Origin: Macrostomum lignano
Taxonomy: Eukaryota
Direction: 5' to 3'
DNA: 64,000 bases
Assembly: GCA_002269645.1 (NCBI GenBank)
Contig: NIVC01000249.1
Location: 346,752 to 410,751, forward strand
Below, piece after piece: positions 53,900 through 64,000 of the stretch. Below the pieces are notes generated by a model. The model was not told where the DNA came from. It was given only the letters and a program-made list of their open reading frames with translations, and did not search any database. The translations under genes and the position numbers were made by a program. Numbering within the stretch: the first letter of the stretch is position 1; each line of letters begins with the position of its first letter.

Positions 53900-54772
53900 T
53901 CAGGCCGAGCGCAAGAACGAGCGAATGAACTCGTTGTAGTCAACGGAGCCGCTCCGCTCGGGGTCGTAGGCGCCGGTCAGCTGGTAGAACTCGTCGTCGC
54001 TCAACGTCAGGCCGAACCGGCGAAGCACTCTACGAAATACGGACGGAGATGCACGGCCGCGACCATCGGGATCCTTTGGTGGGGGAGAGATTATTGTTGA
54101 TAGCAATAAATAAGGACCCTAGCAACCCATGTAGTCTCCCCTAGCAACCCATGTAGTCTCGCCTAGCAACCCATGTAGTCTCCCCTGGCAACCCATGTAG
54201 TCTCGCCTAGCAACCCATGTAGTCTCCCCTGGCAACCCATGTAACCTCCCCTAGCAACCCATTAGGTCTCCCCTAGCAACCCATGTAGTATCCCCTAGCA
54301 ACACATGTAGTCTCCCCTAGCAACCCATGTAGTCTGCCCTGCTCACCTGCTCGCGAAACACGCGTCGCATCTCTTTCCAATCCTCGAGCACCCTTCGCCG
54401 CAGCCGCATCGCCAGGGTCAGCATCCCCCCATCGCCGCCGCCGCCGCCGCCGCTCCGCACAGTCGCTGGTGGCTCCGCCGCCGCAGGCGCCGCTGAGACA
54501 GCTGTCGGCGCCACAAAACTGATTCTGGCGCGCTCCATCTTTCGTCGAACGATTTGCGCCGTCTCCGGCCCGCCTCTGGCGCTCGCCCTGGCGCCGCCGA
54601 TGCCGACGGTGCTGGCGCCGTCGCCGGACACGAAGGCGCGCACGCAGTCCTGGTACCGGAAGTAGCCGTCGCCCCGTAGTCCGAATCGGCGCAGAATTGG
54701 CGCCACCTGAGACGGCGCCAGGTGGACGGCGCCGGACGAACGAAGCACCGCGCAGAATTCGTCGACGTGAAT
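53900..54772 (-). CDS. EFCAB6: Second EFCAB6-like copy, last two exons (54772-54347, 54073-53900); upstream exons not in the window
   Basis: IHVDEFCAVLRSSGAVHLAPSQVAPILRRFGLRGDGYFRYQDCVRAF...WKEMRRVFREQ | DPDGRGRASPSVFRRVLRRFGLTLSDDEFYQLTGAYDPERSGSVDYNEFIRSFLRSA*. Frames and splice sites are intact. Confidence 0.8.
54115..54340. repeat. Intronic ~22-bp minisatellite (CTAGCAACCCATGTAGTCTCCC)
   Basis: Homologous to 36608-37050. Confidence 0.9.
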
Positions 54773-54894
54773 CTGAGTTGCCAGGGGAGAGCGGGGGTCA
54801 GGGTTCGACTCTTTCCCGAATTTTTGTCACTTTAGAGCTCCCATTCACCTTCAGCTGGTAAAGCAGATGGCCTTCATGACCAGCATTTGGATTC

Positions 54895-57678
<2,784 letters not shown>

Positions 57679-58749
57679 TCTTACGACTGTCTGTGTGTTT
57701 AGCGGGACCTGAGTTATGTTAATGCGTTACGTGGACCACGCAATTCCGGTTAAAAAATAGAGTCTGTTTTGACAACGCGAAAGGCTAGCTAGGGTTATCT
57801 TTTTGTTAACTTGACGGAATAGCCAGTTCGGGGAAACTGTGGTGGTTCACTAACTACGTTTTGGGGACCGGGTTAGGTGGACCGCAAAAAAACAGTTGGT
57901 TTAGTTAGACCTCTTTCGTTGTAGAAAATTTATTGCTTTAAACTGTTCTTTTGAACTAATTAAAACAGAAATTCTCAAAAAGAACAGATAAAAGGGTTAC
58001 GACGTCATTTAATGAAAATATCCCAAGTTCAAACCAATTTATTTAGCATTACTAATCGGGTTAATCGGGTTAAACAAATGTACGATCGCATTAGTTAGTT
58101 GCGTCGCGTGAATACAAGAAGGTGAATGAAAATAAAGCATTTTGAAAATAAATACAGAATCATATCAAATACTAACTGTAAACTCATTAAAACTAATTTA
58201 GGTCAAAATGTATGCTTCAAATACATGTTAACAAACGTAAGATTCCATTAGTTAAAAAGGTCATCCGAGTACGAGCCTACAAGAAGTTGAAGGGCATTTT
58301 TAATAACGACAAAAGTTACTAAAACTGAAATTAAATTGTTTTGACTACATCAGTCCTATTATACTGAATGAGTTGGTGAGCAATCATATGATAAGCCAAT
58401 CATTTTACCGACTTTCATCTTTTCGTTCACGCAGATGATGGCCTTATCTTCTTATTTTTTCTACGAAATATTCTCCTGGACCTTCCCTGCCTCCGTGGTC
58501 CGGGACCGCTTCTGTTATTGATCTGTCATTGCCTCTCTCACGAATTTCAGCTTACTCAGCCATCGAATCCACTTTCGTCAGCTCAGCTCTATGATGAACC
58601 TTTCTATATTTCTCGTCAATTAGTGGTTTAAATCTTCTTTTACAGTTCGTTTTAACCTTCATCTCGGTGAAACGCAGTCAGTCTCGTCGAGCTCAGGCGA
58701 ACAAAATCAACCACAGGCTCCTACAAAGGTAGAAAATAAAAATAACTGA

Positions 58750-61700
58750 CAATCAAACAGACACAGAAATCTGTTCCAGTTGTGTCTGTAGGTTATGTGG
58801 ACCACCTCAGATCCAGAGCCTCAAACAGACAGAGAAATCTGTTCGAGTTGTGTCTGTAGGTGAGGTGAACCACCTTCTGAGAGCCTAAGCCTCAAACAGA
58901 CTGAGAGAGCTGCTTCAGTTGTGTCTGTAGGTTATGTGGACCACCTAAGAGCCAGAGCCTCAAACAGACAGAGAAATCTGTTCGAGTTGTGTCTGTAGGT
59001 TAGGTGGACCACCTAAGAGCCAGAGCCTCAAACAGACAGAGAAATCTGTTCGAGTTGTGTCTGTAGGTTAGGTGGACCAGCTACTCCACAGCACTTCTAG
59101 GCGATAATCTGAGCCAGGAGTCTCCGAGAGACTTTCGTTACACATCCAGATGTTCTGCCTTGATGCTGGACTAGCTCACTTTCTAGGAATCTGTTCTGAT
59201 TGCATTCTAACAAACTGAAGCATTCTCGGCACTAAACTTTCTCGGCGGCTCTGAGAGCCAGAGCCTCAAACAGACAGAGAAATCTGTTCGAGTTGTGTCT
59301 GTAGGTTAGGTGGACCAGCTATTCTACAGCACTTCTAGGCGATAATCTGAGCCAGGAATCTCCGAGAGCCTCTCGTTACACATCCAGATGTTCTACCTTG
59401 ATGCTGGACTAGCTCACTTTCTAGGAATCTGTTCTGATTGCATTCTAACAAACTGAAGCATTTTCTGCACTAAACTTTCTCGGCGGCTCTGAGATCCAGA
59501 GCCTCAAACAGACAGAGAAATCTGTTCGAGTTGTGTCTGTAGGTTAGGTGGACCAGCTACTCCAAAGCACTTCTAGGCGATAATCTGAGCCAGGAATCTC
59601 CGAGAGCCTCTCGTTACACATCCAGATGTTCTGCCTTGATGCTGGACTAGCTCACTTTCTAGGAATATGTTCTGATTGCATTCTAACAAACTGAAGCATT
59701 CTCGGCACTAAACTTTCTCGGCGGCTCTGAGAGCCAGAGCCTCAAACAGACAGAGAAATCTGTTCGAGTTGTGTCTGTAGGTTAGGTGGACCAGCTATTC
59801 TACAGCACTTCTAGGCGATAATCTGAGCCAGGAATCTCCAAGAGCCTCTCGTTACACATCCAGATGTTCTGCCTTGATGCTGGACTAGCTCACTTTCTAG
59901 GAATCTGTTCTGATTGCATTCTAACAAACTGAAGCATTCTCGGCACTAAACTTTCTCGGCGGCTCTAAGAGCCAGAGCCTCAAACAGACAGAAATCTATT
60001 CGAGTTGTGTCTGTAGGTTAGGTGGACCAGCTACTCCACAGCACTTCTAGGCGATAATCTGAGCCAGGAGTCTCCGAGAGACTTTCGTTACACATCCAGA
60101 TGTTCTGCCTTGATGCTGGACTAGCTCACTTTCTAGGAATCTGTTCTGATTGCATTCTAACAAACTGAAGCATTTTCTGCACTAAACTTTCTCGGCGGCT
60201 CTGAGAGCCAGAGCCTCAAACAGACAGAGAAATCTGTTCGAGTTGTGTCTGTAGGTTAGGTGGACCAGCTACTGAGAGCCAAAGCCTCAAACAGACTGAG
60301 AGAGCTGCTTCAGTTGTGTCTGTAGGTTATGTGGACCACCTAAGAGCCAGAGCCCTAAACAGACAGAGAAATCTGTTCGAGTTGTGTCTGTAGGTTAGGT
60401 GGACCAGCTACTCCACAGCACTTCTAGGCGATAATCTGAGCCAGGAGTCTCCGAGAGACTTTCGTTACACATCCAGATGTTCTGCCTTGATGCTGGACTA
60501 GCTCACTTTCTAGGAATATGTTCTGATTGCATTCTAACAAACTGAAGCATTTTCTGCACTAAACTTTCTCGGCGGCTCTGAGAGCCAGAGCCTTAAACAG
60601 ACAGAGAAATCTGTTCGAGTTGTGTCTGTAGGTTTAGGTGGACCAGCTACTGAGAGCCAAAGCCTCAAACAGACTGAGAGAGCTGCTTCAGTTGTGTCTG
60701 TAGGTTATGTGGACCACCTAAGAGCCAGAGCCCTAAAGAGACAGAGAAATCTGTTCGAGTTGTGTCTGTAGGTTAGGTGGACCAGCTACTCCACAGCACT
60801 TCTAGGCGATAATCTGAGCCAGGAATCTCCGAGAGCCTCTCGTTACACATCCAGATGTTCTACCTTGATGCTGGACTAGCTCACTTTCTAGGAATCTGTT
60901 CTGATTGCATTCTAACAAACTGAAGCATTTTCTGCACTAAACTTTCTCGGCGGCTCTGAGATCCAGAGCCTCAAACAGACAGAGAAATCTGTTCGAGTTG
61001 TGTCTGTAGGTTAGGTGGACCAGCTACTCCACAGCACTTCTAGGCGATAATCTGAGCCAGGAGTCTCCGAGAGACTTTCGTTACACATCCAGATGTTCTG
61101 CCTTGATGCTGGACTAGCTCACTTTCTATGAATCTGTTCTGATTGCATTCTAACAAACTGAAGCATTTTCTGCACTAAACTTTCTCGGCGGCTCTGAGAG
61201 CCAGAGCCTTAAACAGACAGAGAAATCTGTTCGAGTTGTGTCTGTAGGTTAGGTGGACCAGCTACTGAGAGCCAAAGCCTCAAACAGACTGAGAGAGCTG
61301 CTTCAGTTGTGTCTGTAGGTTATGTGGACCACCTAAGAGCCAGAGCCCTAAACAGACAGAGAAATCTGTTCGAGTTGTGTCTGTAGGTTAGGTGGACCAG
61401 CTACTCCAAAGCACTTCTAGGCGATAATCTGAGCCAGGAATCTCCGAGAGCCTCTCGTTACACATCCAGATGTTCTACCTCGATGCTGGACTAGCTCACT
61501 TTCTAGGAATATGTTCTGATTGCATTCTAACAAACTGAAGCATTCTCGGCACTAAACTTTCTCGGCGGCTCTGAGAGCCAGAGCCTCAAACAGACAGAGA
61601 AATCTGTTCGAGTTGTGTCTGTAGGTTAGGTGGACCAGCTATTCTACAGCACTTCTAGGCGATAATCTGAGCCAGGAGTCTCCGAGAGCCTCTCGTTACA

Positions 61701-64000
61701 CATCCAGATGTTCTGCCTTGATGCTGGACTAGCTCACTTTCTAGGAATCTGTTCTGATTGCATTCTAACAAACTGAAGCATTTTCTGCACTAAACTTTCT
61801 CGGCGGCTCTGAGAGCCAGAGCCTTAAACAGACAGAGAAATCTGTTCGAGTTGTGTCTGTAGGTTTAGGTGGACCAGCTACTGAGAGCCAAAGCCTCAAA
61901 CAGACTGAGAGAGCTGATTCAGTTGTGTCTGTAGGTTATGTGGACCACCTAAGAGCCAGAGCCCTAAACAGACAGAGAAATCTGTTCGAGTTGTGTCTGT
62001 AGGTTAGGTGGACCAGCTACTCCACAGCACTTCTAGGCGATAATCTGAGCCAGGAGTCTCCGAGAGACTTTCGTTACACATCCAGATGTTCTGCCTTGAT
62101 GCTGGACTAGCTCACTTTCTAGGAATATGTTCTGATTGCATTCTAACAAACTGAAGCATTTTCTGCACTAAACTTTCTCGGCGGCTCTGAGAGCCAGAGC
62201 CTTAAACAGACAGAGAAATCTGTTCGAGTTGTGTCTGTAGGTTAGGTGGACCAGCTACTGAGAGCCAAAGCCTCAAACAGACTGAGAGAGCTTCTTCAGT
62301 TGTGTCTGTAGGTTATGTGGACCACCTAAGAGCCAGAGCCCTAAACAGACAGAGAAATCTGTTCGAGTTGTGTCTGTAGGTTAGGTGGACCAGCTACTCC
62401 AAAGCACTTCTAGGCGATAATCTGAGCCAGGAATCTCCGAGAGCCTCTCGTTACACATCCAGATGTTCTACCTCGATGCTGGACTAGCTCACTTTCTAGG
62501 AATATGTTCTGATTGCATTCTAACAAACTGAAGCATTCTCGGCACTAAACTTTCTCGGCGGCTCTGAGAGCCAGAGCCTCAAACAGACAGAGAAATCTGT
62601 TCGAGTTGTGTCTGTAGGTTAGGTGGACCAGCTATTCTACAGCACTTCTAGGCGATAATCTGAGCCAGGAATCTCGAGAGCCTCTCGTTACACATCCAGA
62701 TGTTCTGCCTTGATGCTGGACTAGCTCACTTTCTAGGAATCTGTTCTGATTGCATTCTAACAAACTGAAGCATTCTCGGCACTAAACTTTCTCGGCGGCT
62801 CTGAGATCCAGAGCCTCAAACAGACAGAAATCTGTTCGAGTTGTGTCTGTAGGTTAGGTGGACCAGCTACTCCACAGCACTTCTAGGCGATAATCTGAGC
62901 CAGGAGTCTCCGAGAGACTTTCGTTACACATCCAGATGTTCTGCCTTGATGCTGGACTAGCTCACTTCTAGGAATCTGTTCTGATTGCATTCTAACAAAC
63001 TGAAGCATTCTCGGCACTAAACTTTCTCGGCGGCTCTAAGAGCCAGAGCCTCAAACAGACAGAGAAATCTGTTCGAGTTGTGTCTGTAGGTTAGGTGGAC
63101 CAGCTACTCCACAGCACTTCTAGGCGATAATCTGAGCCAGGAGTCTCGAGAGACTTTCGTTACACATCCAGATGTTCTGCCTTGATGCTGGACTAGCTCA
63201 CTTTCTAGGAATATGTTCTGATTGCATTCTAACAAACTGAAGCATTTTCTGCACTAAACTTTCTCGGCGGCTCTGAGAGCCAGAGCCTTAAACAGACAGA
63301 GAAATCTGTTCGAGTTGTGTCTGTAGGTTAGGTGGACCAGCTACTGAGAGCCAAAGCCTCAAACAGACTGAGAGAGCTGCTTCAGTTGTGTCTGTAGGTT
63401 ATGTGGACCACCTAAGAGCCAGAGCCCTAAACAGACAGAGAAATCTGTTCGAGTTGTGTCTGTAGGTTAGGTGGACCAGCTACTCCAAAGCACTTCTAGG
63501 CGATAATCTGAGCCAGGAATCTCCGAGAGCCTCTCGTTACACATCCAGATGTTCTACCTCGATGCTGGACTAGCTCACTTTCTAGGAATATGTTCTGATT
63601 GCATTCTAACAAACTGAAGCATTCTCGGCACTAAACTTTCTCGGCGGCTCTGAGAGCCAGAGCCTCAAACAGACAGAGAAATCTGTTCGAGTTGTGTCTG
63701 TAGGTTAGGTGGACCACCTTCTGAGAGCCAAAGCCTCAAACAGACTGAGAGAGCTGATTCAGTTGTGTCTGTAGGTTATGTGGACCACCTAAGAGCCAGA
63801 GCCCTAAACAGACAGAGAAATCTGTTCGAGTTGTGTCTGTAGGTTAGGTGACCAGCTACTCCACAGCACTTCTAGGCGATAATCTGAGCCAGGAGTCTCC
63901 GAGAGACTTTTCGTTACACATCCAGATGTTCTGCCTTGATGCTGGACTAGCTCACTTTCTAGGAATATGTTCTGATTGGCATTCTAACAAACTGAAGCAT
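58750..64000. repeat. Complex satellite: 238-bp monomer plus ~65-70-bp submonomers in higher-order repeats, running off the right edge
   Basis: The CTGAGAGCCAGAGCC anchor recurs at 59251, 59489 and 59727 (period 238). From ~60200, two short units are interposed, giving a ~377-bp unit (60201 to 60578). Confidence 0.95.

Noticed and set aside
58750-64000. Hammerhead ribozyme in the satellite (by analogy with schistosome satellites)
   Set aside because: No CUGANGA core is present on either strand (closest are CTGAGAG and TTGATGC), despite GAAA-containing hairpins.

Overview
Eukaryotic (animal) genomic DNA. GC-rich exons alternate with AT-rich or minisatellite-filled GT-AG introns, and there are long (GACA)n tracts. 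This style is consistent with a flatworm such as Macrostomum, but that is inference only. Left to right: (1) the 5' part of a degenerate APE-type non-LTR retrotransposon (minus strand); (2) a fibrinogen-domain gene fragment; (3) a ~26.6 kb, 26-exon plus-strand gene (~2,940 aa) with two RP1-type doublecortin domains, beta-trefoil-like repeats and a long PLAT/LH2 array, with most introns carrying their own minisatellite; (4) a convergent EFCAB6-like multi-EF-hand gene lacking an obvious 5' end, whose last two exons and flanks recur as a diverged copy ~18 kb away; (5) between those two copies, a minus-strand cluster: a tandem ubiquitin-like (about 6 UBL) ORF followed by a spliced gene that fuses a Cys-rich helical-repeat/ankyrin solenoid to a Mab-21/cGAS-like nucleotidyltransferase with intact catalytic motifs. 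Splice phases even allow one ~1,690-aa UBL-ANK-cGLR protein, which is the most interesting candidate system here; (6) a 238-bp higher-order satellite running to the window end. Several MITE-like inverted-repeat elements are present, including one carrying telomere-like repeats. All gene models were reconstructed by hand from splice signals and reading-frame continuity; no database searches were run.
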